Source: Octopus vulgaris | Taxonomy: Eukaryota | Reading direction: 5' to 3' | DNA: 64,000 nt | NCBI GenBank assembly: GCA_951406725.2 | Contig: OX597832.1 | Location: forward strand, 40,424,001 to 40,488,000 | Shown here: positions 13,401 to 26,999 of the stretch, in pieces | Position numbering within the stretch: the stretch's first letter is position 1 | Layout of the letters: each line of letters starts with the position of its first letter | Notes under the pieces: model-generated | What the model was told of the DNA's origin: nothing | The model's database searches: none | What the model saw: the letters and a program-made list of their open reading frames with translations, nothing else | Translations under genes and position numbers: made by a program

Positions 13401-14253
13401 TATCAGATGGTTAACAAAAACACACCTTAATTAAGCAGTGATGTAATGTAGGTATCCCACAGTACCTATTTTACAGCTAATTGTCTCAACCAGTGAGAAT
13501 AACAATTTTATGAGTTTTGATGAAGCCTAGAATTCCCTTCTTATGATTTCTTATAAGAGGGTTTATACATGGGATATGGATTGTGGGAGGGGTTATATGA
13601 AATGGAACTGGATTGGGGAGGATATAGAATAGGAGAAATTTAGGGCTTTTATTTGGCTTGAGAATCTGAGAATTCTAAGTCTAGTTTTGCTGTTGGTATA
13701 TAGATTTAGCACCAGGTCATCCTTGATTGAGAAGGAAGCCTATGATCAAAAGTATTCCATGCATGTTGTTGTTGTTGTGGTGGTGGTGGTGGTGATGGTG
13801 GTGGTGGTGGTGGTGGTGGTGGTGGTCATAGTCATGAAGGTAGCTGTAGTTTAAGTATTAATGAAGGTGGTAGTGGTGATAGTGATGGTGATGGTTACGA
13901 TGTCAATGAGAAGCCTATTTGTTGAGTTAAATGTTAGAAAATAAAGTTTGTTGGTTTTGGAATAGTCTGGCACCCTTTCTAATTGTGTTAGTCTCCAGAT
14001 CCGATTTAGCTGTGCACTCTTCATGGAACAGTGGTTTACAGTGAGAAAATACCATATGGATGCTCAACTCTGAATATACAGCTTTACCTAAGTTATATAG
14101 AAAGATAAATTTGTAGCAAGATGCAAGTGAACATCAAAACACAGCATCTCAATTCTGTCAGCATCCACATCCTTTAGCTGCTCCATCAACACACACACAC
14201 ACTTTGTTTATACTGTTAACATCTACACTGTGTATTCTATTAACATCTAAATA

Positions 14254-15490
14254 TTGGGTCATCCCATAAATAATGTGGGTTTTTTTTCAATTGAATGAAC
14301 TGAAAGTCGAAGGGGGACTACCTGCATCAACTTGCTATAAAAGCAGGGAGTAATTTTACCTTGTGCTTATTCTTAGTGTAAGTTTTGAAGAGTGCAGTTC
14401 GATTTTAACAGTTATTTTTTGAAAGCTATAATGGTAGTAACAAAGGAGTATACTCAGCATATTTTGCTTTATGAGTTCAATAAAGGCAACAATGCAATGG
14501 AAAGTGCAAGGAATAATTATTGCAGTAGATGGGGATTGGACAATAAACATAAACCAGGGTCAACGGTGGTTCCAGAAATTCTGAGCCGGAAACTACAGCC
14601 TCACCCTCAAAGGTCTGTAAAATTCAATGAGAATGTCCTGCAAACCCATTGTAACTGTTGAGGAACTAGTAGAGAAGCTTGGATTTGGTCATGCAACCAT
14701 TCATTGACACCTGCTTGCCATCAGAAAAATTAGCAAATTGGGTCAATGGGTTCCTCACAAACTTTCTGTGTCTAATCATGCACAGAAAGTGAATGTGTGC
14801 TCTTCTTTGTTATCACATCTCACAAATGAACCTTTTTTGGACTGAATAGTGACTGGTGACAAGAAATGGGTTCTCTATAAAAATGTGAAGCACCGAAGAC
14901 AGTGTATAGGGAAAGGAGAAACACTGGCACCCCAGGATAAAGAAGGTCTTCAGCCACATAAGGTGTTGTTATCTGTTTGATGGGATATGGAAGGTTTAGT
15001 CCCCTTTGAACTTTTAAATCCAAACCAAATGATAACAAAGGAGATCTACTGTGAGCAGCTTAAATCAGTGCTAGAAGGAAAATGACCATCTCTGGTTTCA
15101 AGATGAAAGGTGTTCTTCCATCAGGATAATGCTCGGCCACATACAGGGTGGATGACATTCCAAAGAATGGAATAGTTTGAATGGGAAATGATGCCCCACC
15201 CACCATATTCATGAGACATTGCCCCTTCTGATTATCATTTATTCTGCAGTTTTCAAAATCGTTTGGTTGGAAAAAAATATGAATTCTGTTGACAAGGTCA
15301 GAACAGTATTGGAGGAGTATTTTTCATGACAGACAAGTGAATTTTGGAAGTAGGGCCTTGCAAGCCTACCAGATAGATGGAAGAGCATTGTAGAAAATGA
15401 AGGAGAGTATATTTTAGATTGAAAAAAAACTTTATCTTAATTTTGAAAAATAAAAGGAGTATAAAAAAAAACATTATTTATGGGGGTTTT
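14254..15490 (+). mobile_element. Near full-length degenerate mariner transposon
   Basis: TA-TTGGGTCATCCCATAAATAATG left end and ...CATTATTTATGGG right end, ~1.24 kb. Motifs WVPHKL, VTGDKKW, HQDNARPH and HPPYS*DIAPSDYHLF (DD34D), with many stops and frameshifts. Confidence 0.9.
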
Positions 15491-15899
15491 TTTATACTTT
15501 GTTTCTTTTATGTCAACTCTACTCATTTTGTCTATTCCATTAATATTCAGACAATGTATCACTATCTGTCAACAATTAACACACAAGTCACTCTATTTAA
15601 TCAATATGCAGCTACTGTACCAATCAAGTCAATACCAAGACACTATATCATTCAATATCATTCAACACTATATTTGTTCATTCAACACCTACACACTGAG
15701 TCTATGCATTAAATATCTATGCAGAGTGTCTATCATTTGACACCTACATTACCATGTTTACCATTTTAACATCTATAGACTATCCAGTCAAAATCTATAC
15801 ACTCAACATGTCCAATCGAAATCTATACACCCTACCTGTTCAGTTAGCATCTACACACTATATTCATCCAGCCAGCTTCTATGCACTGTACCTGTGCAG

Positions 15900-16505
15900 T
15901 TGACATCTACACACTGTATTCATCTGGTCAACATCTACACACTGTATTCATCTGGTCAACATCTATACACTGTATTCATCTGGTCAACATCTATACACTG
16001 TATTCATCTGGTCAACATCTATACACTGTATTCATCTGGTCAAAATCTATACACTGTATTCATCTGGTCAACATCTATACACTGTATTCATCTGGTCAAC
16101 ATCTATACACTGTATTCATCTGGTCAACATCTATACACTGTATTCATCTGGTCAACATCTATACACTGTATTCATCTGGTCAACATCTATACACTGTATT
16201 CATCTGGTCAAATGACATCTGCACACTGTATTCATCTGGTCAACATCTATACACTGTATTCATCTGGTCAACATCTATACACTGTATTCATCTGGTCAAC
16301 ATCTATACACTGTATTCATCTGGTCAAAATCTATACACTGTATTCATCTGGTCAAAATCTATACACTGTATTCATCTGGTCAACATCTACACACTGTATT
16401 CATCTGGTCAACATCTATACACTGTATTCATCTGGTCAACATCTATACACTGTATTCATCTGGTCAACATCTATACACTGTATTCATCTGGTCAACATCT
16501 ATAAT
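15900..16505. repeat. 28-bp minisatellite (catctatacactgtattcatctggtcaa), about 21 copies
   Basis: Near-perfect units, with degenerate units extending to about 15530 and 16680. Confidence 0.95.
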
Positions 16506-17552
16506 CTGTACCTGTCCAAATGACATCTGCACACTGCATTCATCTAGTCAACATCCATTCACAGTTTCAGCCCCGTTGACATCTACACAATGTATTCACC
16601 CAGTCAGCATCTAATATGCCCTATACACCCAGTTGACAGCGATGCACTATCCTATATAGAGTCCATATCTGCTAAACTTGCCAGTTGAGTCATCCACCCA
16701 ACATCATTAGAATGTATTTCGCAGAAAAACATTATTTACATACATCTAAAAGACAGTTAAATGCTACTAGAATAACAGTGGAAACTGAAAACAAAACCCA
16801 AACAGGCGTCTGAGAGCATTTTATTGTTTAGTTAAAGAAACAGACCAAAAGATAACGTTTCTAATTTCTTTAGCAGTTTTTTAGTGACGAGATTTTGATG
16901 AGTTGATGGCTTTCTACTGATGGCTCCTAAACTTAAAAATGTAACAGCAACTTGTTTCAGCTACAATATCATTTGGCAAGCATTTTCTTTTCTTTCTATT
17001 TAATTTCTGATGTTGTATTGATAAAAAATGGTTACAATGATGACAAAACACACACACACACATACAGACATGCTCAAATGTCAAGTACACATGCATGCAC
17101 ACATATACTCATCAAAATGACACTCACATGCACACACACATATATACACACAAGTGTCCCATACACACACAACATCCCTCTACACAGAATCCCCATTAAC
17201 ACATGATACCTCCTCATGTACACACCCACACACACACCCACACACATCCCATACACACACAACGTCCCTCCCTTCATACTCATATACACACACGTACATC
17301 TAAATGACTCACATTTATACACACCCATACACACACACACTCACATGAATCCATATTTAGTCATAGCTTTTTCCATTTCTAAGTTCAAATCTAAGCAAAG
17401 TCAAATTTGTTGTTCGTCTTACCACTACCAGTAAAATAAATTAGCAGTCAAGTACTCAGGTAAATCAAATCAACAATAACCTACCCCTAAATTTGGGGAT
17501 GATTAATGCTAAAGTTTGCAAAGAACCAGACTAATATAACTTATAGTATTAA

Positions 17553-17996
17553 CCCTTTTTTTACTGTATTTCTTTTGAGATGCTCTGTATTTCTTTCAAT
17601 TACTTTAAATATAACAAAGAATTTAGTAAAATAACTTAGTTATCATTCAGCTAGTGTTAGGAACATAAATTGTGACTAAGGTTTGTTGGAAGATTTTAAT
17701 TCATAACTTTTGAAAACAAGGCATTTGTACTCAGAGACAGAGCTGGTTTCAGTCGGGTTGGTAATGAAAGGGTTAACCCTTTAGCATTTAAACTGGCCAT
17801 ATCCCGCCAAAATATTCTACCAATTTTATGTCCAAACTGACCAGTTCTGGCCTCTCATTCACACTCTACAACTTCATTCTAAAAATATATAATTACATCA
17901 TCAAAATCTCAAAGCTACAAGATAATCCATGGTTAATTCAAGACAATGGGAATAGATAAGCATTGCATTTGATAAAGTAATCTGAGTGCTCAGGAG
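17553..17996. mobile_element. Two adjacent piggyBac-type MITEs sharing one TTAA
   Basis: TTAA-CCCTTT...AAAGGG-TTAA(17773-17776)-CCCTTTAGCA...GGAG-TTAA. Confidence 0.8.
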
Positions 17997-18394
17997 TTAA
18001 TTACATAGCTTTACAATAAGAGTACAAATTCTGAAAGAGTTGATCTAATGAAATAAGTCCCAATCATGTACAGGTGTCTATTCAATTTGTTACATCACTG
18101 ACCCCAAGAAATTGTGGCCTTGCACCTAGGCTGGCTTAATCTTTTATGAACATAACTGACTATATAACTAATTACTGTGCAAATTTCTGTGCAAAACCAT
18201 CAGTGTAATTATTAAAAGATTAAGGAAAAATGCCTCCCTCGTCAGTCAAGCCCTCATTGATTTTTTGAAGTTCCACTTGGAAAGGAAAGTGACAGTGGAG
18301 AGGAAAATGCCCTTTCCCAAGGAATTTGTCAAAAGTGGGTGACTGTGGCAAAACTGGTTAGGATAAATGGACCTATTCTAAGCATGCACAAGTA

Positions 18395-18521
18395 CAGGGT
18401 GTCCACAAAGTCTGGGTACATGGAGTAAATAAAATCATAACATAAAAAATTAAATATAAGAAATAATAATTTCTGAAAGTATGTGTTAATCCCCATCTAC
18501 CCAGACTTTGTGGACATCCTG
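18395..18521. mobile_element. Tc1/mariner-type MITE
   Basis: TA-CAGGGTGTCCACAAAGTCTGGGTA ... TACCCAGACTTTGTGGACATCCTG-TA. Confidence 0.9.
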
Positions 18522-18804
18522 TAGAATGAAGAACCACTTTTGGGCTAATGTTTGTGTGCCTGGTGACCAGGGTGATCCTGGATCTATGGGATTCTTTGAT
18601 TGGCCCTTGTTGGAGGTTCTCCTGTATCAGAAGGAGTGCATCATAGATATGTTCACATATTTTGAATACTATGTATACTTTAATGTTTCACACCTACCTC
18701 TCCCTTTCTTCTCTTCATCTTTTATGTAAACTCCCACACAAACTGTAAACTGTCCTTGTAATGTCCCCCCCCCCACCTCATATGATATTCTTGAAGCAAA
18801 AGCA

Positions 18805-19164
18805 GCAAGCTGGCTGAAGCGTTAGCATGCTGGGCAAAATGCTTTGTGGCATTTTGTCCATCTTTACGTTCTGAGTTCAAATTCTGCTGAGGTCAACTTT
18901 AACTTTCATCTTTTGGGGGACAATGAAATAAGTACCAGCTGAGCGCTGGGGTCAATGAAATCGACTAGACCCCTTCCCCAAAATTTCAGGCCTTTTACCT
19001 ATGTTAGAAAGAATTATTATTATTATTATTATATTCCGCAGAGGTTGACTTTGCCTTCCATCCTTTCGGGGTCGATGAAATAAGTACCAGTTATGTACTG
19101 GGGTCAATATAATCGACTTAACCCCACCCCAAAAATTTCAGACCCTGTGCCTATAGTAGAAAGG

Positions 19165-19199
<35 letters not shown>

Positions 19200-19545
19200 T
19201 ACTACTATTATTATTACTACTACTACTATTATTATTATTACTACTACTACTATTATTATTACTACTACTATTATTATTATTACTACTACTACTATTATTA
19301 TTACTACTACTACTATTATTATTACTACTACTACTATTATTATTACTATTATTATTAGGGTGATGAGCTGGCAGAATCTATAAAAGCATCATAAAAGATG
19401 CATTGAACTCAAATCCCTTCGAGGTCAACTTTGTCTTTAATACTTCTGAGGTTGATGAAATAAAATTCCAGTCTATTACTGGGGATTGATGGTACTAAGC
19501 CCCTCCCCTCAAAATTGTTCATCTTCTGCCAAAATAAGAAACCAT
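18805..19545 (+). mobile_element. Cluster of Nin-like SINE copies with expanded (ATT/ACT)n tails
   Basis: Three partial copies of the ...gactttgccttccatcctttcggggtcgat... body ending agaaaggattattatt. Confidence 0.75.
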
Positions 19546-19954
19546 TATTATTTGTTATCACTGTATGTGTTGGCAAATAAAAAGTGACCTTTGAAGCTAA
19601 GCAAATCACTCAGGAATATAGTGTTGCCTTATACTTCAGATATAAAACGTGAACCTTGGATCCTGCAGTGCACAGTAAGCTGTTAGTATGGTTGGTGCTT
19701 GACAGTAGTCTAACCACCTACCTTAGTAACTTGTCTACATGCTTTATACACTAACACATATAGTTATGGGTGTAGGTTAGCAGAATTGGTAGAGTGTCAA
19801 ACAAGATGGAATACCTTTCGGTATTTAATTACATCTCTATGCATTTTGAATTTAAATCTACTGGAACGTTACAAGCCTTAAAGAATAAGCAAATGCCTTC
19901 ATTGTTTTAGCTGAGTCACAGACCTTCAATTGTTCAACAGTTGTTGTTGTACAT

Positions 19955-20625
19955 AGGCGTAGGAGTGGCTGTGTGGTAAGTAGCTTGCTTACCAACCACA
20001 TGGTTCTGGGTTCAGTCCCACTGTGTGGCACCTTGGGCAAGTGTCTTCTACTATAGCCTCGGGCTGACCAAAGCCTTGTGAGTAGATTTGGTAGATGGAA
20101 ACTGAGAAAAGCCTATCGTATATATGTATGTATATATGTATATATATATATATTCCTATCTTGTCTGAAATAGATTTGTGACTATTCAGTGGTACAGAAG
20201 TATTTTTCGACTTCTATTTTTTAGCGATATAGGTACTCATGTAGTACCCTTGTGTATGTATGTACATATCTAATATTGTATGTATATATTTTATTAATTT
20301 GCCTGTACGGCTGATAATTCGCTTACCACTTGTGATGATATTTTAATAATACCATCCCTATATTTATGTATGTATGTATGTATGTATGTATGTATGTATG
20401 TATGTATGTATGTATGTGTGTATATATCTTTGTGTGTCTGTGTTTGTCCTAGCATCGCTTGACAACCAATGGTGGTGTGTTTACGTCCCCGTAACTTAGC
20501 AGTTCGGCAAAAGAAACTGATAGAATAAGTACTAGGCTTACAAAGAATAAGTCCTGGAGTCGATTTGCTCGACTAAAAGACGATGCTCCAGCATGGCCAC
20601 AGTCAAATGACTGAAACTATTAAAA
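19955..20625 (+). mobile_element. CORE-type SINE with extra sequence inserted in its central microsatellite
   Basis: Same head and tail as 665-1085; about 200 bp of unrelated sequence at 20155-20360. Confidence 0.85.
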
Positions 20626-20644
20626 AAATATATAACATATAATT

Positions 20645-20915
20645 AGTTATTGGCCTACATCCATCATAATGATCACCACATCATCTTGATTTGGTCAAAG
20701 ACAGTTTTTCTCCATCTAGTCATTATGATGGAGGAAGTTGTGTGGAGAGTGAAAATGGAAGTACTTAAGATGAGCACTTTCCTCTTCAACGAAGCCCTCA
20801 TTGACGTTTTCAAGTTCTGCTTGAAGAGGAAAGTGAAGGTGGAAGGGGAGATACTTCTGTTCAGTAAATTTGTTTGAAAGATGGATGACAACAGTTAGCA
20901 TGGCCTGGGTGAAGG
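20645..20915 (+). mobile_element. Possible Tx1/L1-clade ORF2 C-terminal fragment
   Basis: FLHLVIMMEEVVWRVK...FKFCLKRKVKVE resembles Tx1-like C-termini. Recognised from memory only. Confidence 0.4.
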
Positions 20916-21004
20916 GATCTATCTGCAATATTTGCCTGTAGGTTGTAGAATACACCTGAAAGTGATACACTTGTTCTTGGTAGTCAGGGCAATTCTGAAT
21001 CCAG

Positions 21005-21434
21005 AATTATTATTATTATTATTCTTTTTAACACAAGTTTTATTGGAATGCCTGGCGTATCACAGCCATAATGGGCTTACTAGCTGCAGCCTATGGTACA
21101 AGGTTCTACCTGTTCTTTTCAACTATCTACAACTTTCCTGATTGTTCCGGCCATGCCAAGGAGGCAAACCTTTTGTCACAGCTCCACTGGGAACTCTATT
21201 TCAATTTATTTTATATTCCTTCTCGTGTTTTCTGATACTTTTCTCAAAGACCCAACAATAATTGATACTATCTTCACCTTCATTTTCCATAGCTGGGCTA
21301 TTCCATACTTAAGAGGACTGTATATGGCTTATCTTTTCTCCTCTCTTCTAGACTATTCATAGGTCAAAGAGGTATGCAACATCAGTTATACAGAACAAGC
21401 GGTTCACCTTGTCCACCACCACTAGGTCTGGCTT
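21005..21434 (-). mobile_element. 3' end of an R4/Dong-like (restriction-like endonuclease) non-LTR retrotransposon
   Basis: KPDLVVVDK...ITDVA (REL PD..D motif), LWKMKVKIVSIIVGSL, QKVCLLGMAGTIRKVV, followed by an (AAT)n tail. Confidence 0.8.
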
Positions 21435-21895
21435 GTGGTGGTGGTAATGGCGGTGGAGGCGACAGCAGAGGCAGTGGTAATTGTGGTGGTGGTGGTGGTG
21501 GTGGTAATGGTGGTGGAGGCAGCAGTGGTGGTGGTGATATTGGTGGTGGCAAAAGCAGAGGCAGTGGTAACTGTGGTGGTGGTGGTGGTGGTGGTGGTAA
21601 TGGCGGTGGAGGTAATTGTGGTGGTGGTGATGGTGGTGGTAATGGCGGTGGAGGCAGCGGTGGTGGTAATTGTGGTGGTGGCAACAGCAGAGGCAGTGGT
21701 AATTGTGGTGGTGGTGGTGGTGGTGGTAATTGTGGTGGTGGTGATGGTGGTGGTGGCAACAGCAGAGGCAGTGGTAATTGTGGTGGTGGTGGTGGTGGTG
21801 GTGGTAATGGCGGTGGAGGCAGCGGTGGTGGTAATTGTGGTGGTGGCAACAGCAGAGGCAGTGGTAATTGTGGTGGTGGTGGTGGTGGTGGTTAT
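21435..21895. repeat. (GGT)n-based higher-order repeat
   Basis: GGT runs punctuated by recurring ggcaacagcagaggcagtggtaattgt and aatggcggtggaggc blocks. Confidence 0.9.
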
Positions 21896-22665
21896 GACAA
21901 GGATAATGGTGACAAAACAGAGGAGTTGCCTTTACAATCATTTATTACCAGAAGTGAAGCTGGTGACACTCTGACAACCATTTATCATCTTGTGAAGCTT
22001 AGAATCCCCAGAGTCTTCAACAACACAATGGCCCTGGCATATCTGGGTTTTTCCCTGGGAGTATGAATATAGCTGCAATTTAGTTTGCGCACGCATGTGT
22101 GTGTGTGTGTGTAAGTATGTGGGTATATGTTTGAATGTGTATGCACATGTATGTATGCATGCATGTGCACGTGAATATGTGTCTGTGTGTGTATGTATAT
22201 ATATATATATATATAAGTTCAGCAAAAATTTAGATTCAAATGAATATGGTACTTAATTTAGATGCACCAGAATTTTGTATGGTGTCATCCCTAAAAATTT
22301 GTGGGGTGATTATAATCAAAATGAGCAACAAGAATGACTCCGGTAATTTGATACAATTGTTTCTTACTACATCATTTTATTAAATGTTGTAAGTATTACA
22401 ACAGATTTAAGAGGATGAGTACTCCTCAGCCAATTATAGACGTTTTCCATTAATACAAAAATTTTCAAATCAAGTGGCAACATTATAATGTTGCCACTTT
22501 GGCATCTTAAAATCTGTTGTAATACTTACAACATTTAATAAAATTATGTAGTACGAAACGATCGTACCAAATTATCGGAGTCATATTTTGAGTATATATA
22601 TATATATATACACACACACATATATATTTTTTTTTTAAATAAAATAAAATATGTGTGTGTATGTG

Positions 22666-22708
<43 letters not shown>

Positions 22709-22876
22709 TCTATTTTTTTTTAGAATATGCACACTCACACAAATATCTGTATACATATATATATGTGTGTGTGTGTGAGTGTGCGTATGTGTGTATTAAT
22801 GCTTGTGTATATAGCTGTATGCATATGTGATAGATTAATGTGTGTGTATGTAGCAATAAATGCGTATGAATATATG

Positions 22877-22923
<47 letters not shown>

Positions 22924-23259
22924 TCCTCCCTAAAATTTAATATGGCCTAAGCCCATATTTATATTTAAATTATAAGTCACAAAATGAAAATTACTCTCCC
23001 CAGACACAGCAGAATATGCTTCAACACACGAACTCATATAAAGAATCCTGCAAACCAAATCCAAAAACGAAATATGCAGTATTTAGTTATGTTCCTTTAC
23101 AGTGAAAGTTCGAATTCTGACAAAGTCAATTGTACTAATTGCCCCTCTGCATTTGGGAGAGGGATTAATGAAATGATACCAGTTGAACACTAGAGGCAAT
23201 TTAGTGAAATGTTCTATTTTCACAAAATTAGTAGCTTTGTGCTGGCAGCATTATTAGCA

Positions 23260-25350
23260 CTGGGCCTCGAAAACGGTTTTATATTATGATCAGTAAAACC
23301 GAAACCGATTTGCCAAAACCGATTTTAAGGCTTGCTGTTTCGGATCTTTTCAATAAAAGATGTTTTATGTAACACATTCTACCAGTATACGAAGTTTAAA
23401 AGTGTTTAGTTACAAATAACTATTTTTTTTAATGTGCCGGTCTTCTTTCTTTTTCTTTTCTTTTTTTCGCAAAACATTTCTCCATTTTTTCTTTTCAAGA
23501 AATATCGTTGAAACTGAATTAACTGAACTGTTGTCGGTCGCCTTTAGTTATCTGTTTCGTTGAAACGTATCGCAACATATCAATTCTCACCTTCTTTCCC
23601 CATGAACCTTAGATCAGCACCTTGTCATCTCCTTCGGTAACCCCCGGCTGACTCTTTGAATTTGCAGGTAACAGAGTTTATTCATAGCAAGTCAAGGGGA
23701 TGCTGTTAGTTTTCAGTCGGGTAATCTTTCCCGTTGAGCATATGTAATAATAACCAGTTCCAGATTTTTTGATAAAAAAAAGTGAAGAGATCGCTATAAC
23801 AGACGATAGTGATCGCCATAACAGACGACAGCGATCGCCATAACAGACGACAGTGATCGCCATAACAGACGATAGTGATGATGAAGCTGACATAAGCCAA
23901 CAAGACATACTTTGTCAAACAGATTTGGCTCACGAAAATGCTTGTTTTCCTCAGCCAAAACCTGAATTTAACAAAGTTTTAAATAAGGTAAGAAAAATTT
24001 CAAAACTTTTCCGTAAATCTCCTACAAAAAATGAAATTTTGCAAGATTCTGTACGAGCGAACTTTGATAACAGAGAATATAAACTTATACTGGATTGCAG
24101 AACTGGGTGGAATGGCACATTCCATATGATTGAGAGATTTTGGGGAATTGAAAAGCTGTATTCCAAATGCTCTACGAGCAGAACTTTCCACAGATGCCCA
24201 TCGCTGACGAAGAATGGAAATCTCTCGATTTACTATATGGAATTCTGTATCCAGTAGAAATTATTTTGAAGGCTATTTGCGTTGATGATACGGGTTTACT
24301 GAAAGCGGAATATTCTTTAGAATTTTTATTGAATAATAAAACCCTTTGGCTTTAAATCTTCGTGAAAGACTTCTGCATAGATATAATAAGAGAAGAAATG
24401 TCGAAAGCTTGACTCTCTTGAGGTATTTACATAACCCAAGGAAGTTTAAAGGTGAGTCAATTTCTGGACCTTTTCTATTTTTTAACGAAACAACATTTAA
24501 GGAAGTATGCTGAACAAACATATAGGAGATTATTTCCTGAACATGATGCTGGGAACACAACAGAATTATACAAAGAAAATGAAATAGGAGGGAACCGAAA
24601 AACAAGTGTTACTGTTGTCCCATCTACTTATGAAGGTAATGGACTCATTCGTGAATACACAAGCGCAATGAAGAACATGAATGAAGAGTCCAAGATGGTA
24701 ACAGATGGATTTGAAATCTCTAAAGAATTCGAATATTTTGTAGCAACTTCGAACAGAAGTGAAAAGCTCGAGAAACTTTATAGAACACTAGCAGTATCGC
24801 CCGGCATTGCTCGGGTTTGTTTCGACCATTTAGAATTGGAATTTTTGAAAAGTAATCATTTTGCATTATGTAGCTTGTTATTCTCTTTAAGTAAACATTT
24901 TTCTGGTTGAAATACACCGAAAAATGACGACACAGCTGTCAAAAAATCGTAAAAAAATAGTGATTTTCATAGAAAAAAAGGACCTTTTTTATGTAAATAA
25001 TTTATGGTGTTAACATGGTCCGATTTGAATTTTTTCTTCTACGGAATGAAGAGCAAGACTTCTTCTATCATACTTTCAATTTTGGTCAACTTGCGCTGCA
25101 GGGTCTCGGAGGAGATAGTGTTAGTTGAAGGCTACCAAACCTGCCATACACAGACAACTTCAGCTATATATAGAGAGATTGCTTACAACTAAAGCATCTA
25201 GTGACCAGTCGGAAAGAGCTTTTTCAATTACTGGACTTTTCAACACAAAAATTAGGACAAGTTTGTCAGGTAAAACACTGAATGCATTGTGTTTTTTAAA
25301 AGATTATTTTCGAAGGAAAGTGAATCATGAAGCAAGTCAAGAAACTTGAT
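23260..25350 (+). mobile_element. Degenerate hAT transposon
   Basis: KVRKISKLFRKSP...LILDCRTGWNGTFHMIERF (hAT catalytic region) and LLTTKASSDQSERAFS...KIRTSLSGKTLNALCFL (dimerisation domain). Subterminal aaaccg repeats at 23270-23325; frameshifted. Confidence 0.9.
24788..25178 (-). mobile_element. Non-autonomous Helitron nested in the hAT transposase
   Basis: TC...CTAG termini. Excision restores AGA ACA|TTG CTT ACA (RTLLT) at an A|T target. Confidence 0.9.
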
Positions 25351-26069
25351 TGATTCTCAGAAATACAACGACTTGTACAAACGTTGCATTCCTGACTAAA
25401 TAAATATAATACCATTATTAGATACAGATTGTAGAGGCACCATCAACGTATTCGTGGATATCAGTCAACCTGTTACTTTCTCTCTTTCTCCGTGTATGTA
25501 TATAAACAAAATACAATATACGACAAACTTCTTCGTTACAGGGACACCGATCTAATTCCGCGAAAAGGTACTACTTAAGAAGAGTGGTCCCGGTGTGCGC
25601 ACTCGCGTACTGGCGCATCCGCGCTAGCTGGTCGTGACTAGTCGATCCTACAACGACTACCTAGCAAAGTAAATAAAACACAAAAACACAAAGTGGCGAA
25701 CCTTCGGTATAGGTACACACGTGACTTTGTTTACATTTCTGAAGATAACAGAAACCCTTTTCTCCCACCCCTAACCCTAACCCGACTTTGCCTTTCAACC
25801 TTTCAGGGTCAATAAATTAAGTACCAGATGAGCACTGGAGTTAATGTAATCAATTTACCTTACCCACTCCCCTGAACTTACCGAAAGGATGAAAGGCAAA
25901 GTTGACCTCAACAGAATTTCAACTCAGAACATAAAGATGGGTGAAATGCTGTTAAGCATTTTGTCTGACAGGCCAACAATTCTGTGGGCTGGCCACCCTA
26001 ATGCCACCGCAATAATAATGCTATGATGCCAATTACTGAAAGAGATTAGAATTGAAACTTGCATGGTTG

Positions 26070-26208
26070 ACCAGCAGAAAAGAACCATTCCATATTCTGC
26101 AAGAATCCTAAGTAAGGTTCTTGAGATTTGAGGAGACCTGTTGTCACCATACATCAAGATAAGGTACCTGCTGACTAAATTAGCATTCACAAGCATAATA
26201 ATAATAAT
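26070..26208 (+). mobile_element. Extreme 3' end of an R4/Dong-like LINE
   Basis: QKRTIPYSARILSKVLEI* followed by a short UTR and (AAT)n. Confidence 0.6.
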
Positions 26209-26214
26209 GAGAGC

Positions 26215-26480
26215 AGGCAGAATAGTTAATACACCAGACAAAATGCTTTGCAACATTTCTTCTGGTTTTATGGTTCCATGTTCAAATTCCACTGAGGTCG
26301 ACTTTGCTTTTCATTTTTCAGGGTCAATAAAATAAGTACCAGTTTAGTACTGGGGTCAATGAAATTGACTAGTCCCCTCCCCATAAAATTTCAGGCCTTG
26401 TGCCTATAGTAGAAAGGATTATTATTATTATTAATAATAATAATAATAATCCTTTCTACTATAGGCACAAGGCCTGAAAT
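26215..26480 (+). mobile_element. Nin-like SINE with fold-back of its 3' tail
   Basis: SINE body, then tttcaggccttgtgcctatagtagaaagg-(ATT)n-(AAT)n-cctttctactataggcacaaggcctgaaa. Confidence 0.8.
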
Positions 26481-26999
26481 AGGTGTACGGAAAGCACTCG
26501 GTGAGAAACGGAAGAAAATTTGAAGAAAGAAGGAAAAAATAATAATAATATCAATATGTTATTAGAATGAAAGAATCAGTGGAGCTGCTTTAAACATTTA
26601 CTTAAATTTCTTTGTTTTAAGTTCAAATCCTGCCCAGATTAATTTTGCCTTTCATTCTCTCAGAATCAATTTAAGCTTCTAATCTTCAGCATCACCACCA
26701 CTACCATACACACACACCTAGACATACATACACACACACATAAGGGACTTGTGTCTGTGTCTCTATTGGAAATCCTTCAGCAGAATCATTACAGTACGAA
26801 ACAAAATCCCTTGTGGTAATTGTTTTTAGTTCTTCACCAGCTGACTTCAAACCCTGCTAAAGATGAGGACTCTAAGGGGTCGTCAACCTGGGCTCACAGC
26901 TCAGTCGTTTCCCATTTTGTTTTACACAGACATACAATGAACAGACCAAAAATTAACTCCATTAAGGGGTTTTGTGTATCTTGGTAGTTGGGTAAACTG

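Noticed and set aside
15881-16523. 207/209-aa repetitive ORFs; possible CRISPR array
   Set aside because: A 28-bp tandem unit without stop codons; no unique spacers and no cas genes.
21357-22066. Gly-rich 230-aa, His/Cys-rich 194-aa and Pro-rich 155-aa ORFs resembling structural or beak proteins
   Set aside because: All are frames of a (GGT)n-derived repeat abutting a LINE remnant. There is no signal peptide or splice context, and several frames are open at once.
25768-25785. ccctaaccctaaccc telomere-like repeat
   Set aside because: Only about two units; common inside transposon ends.
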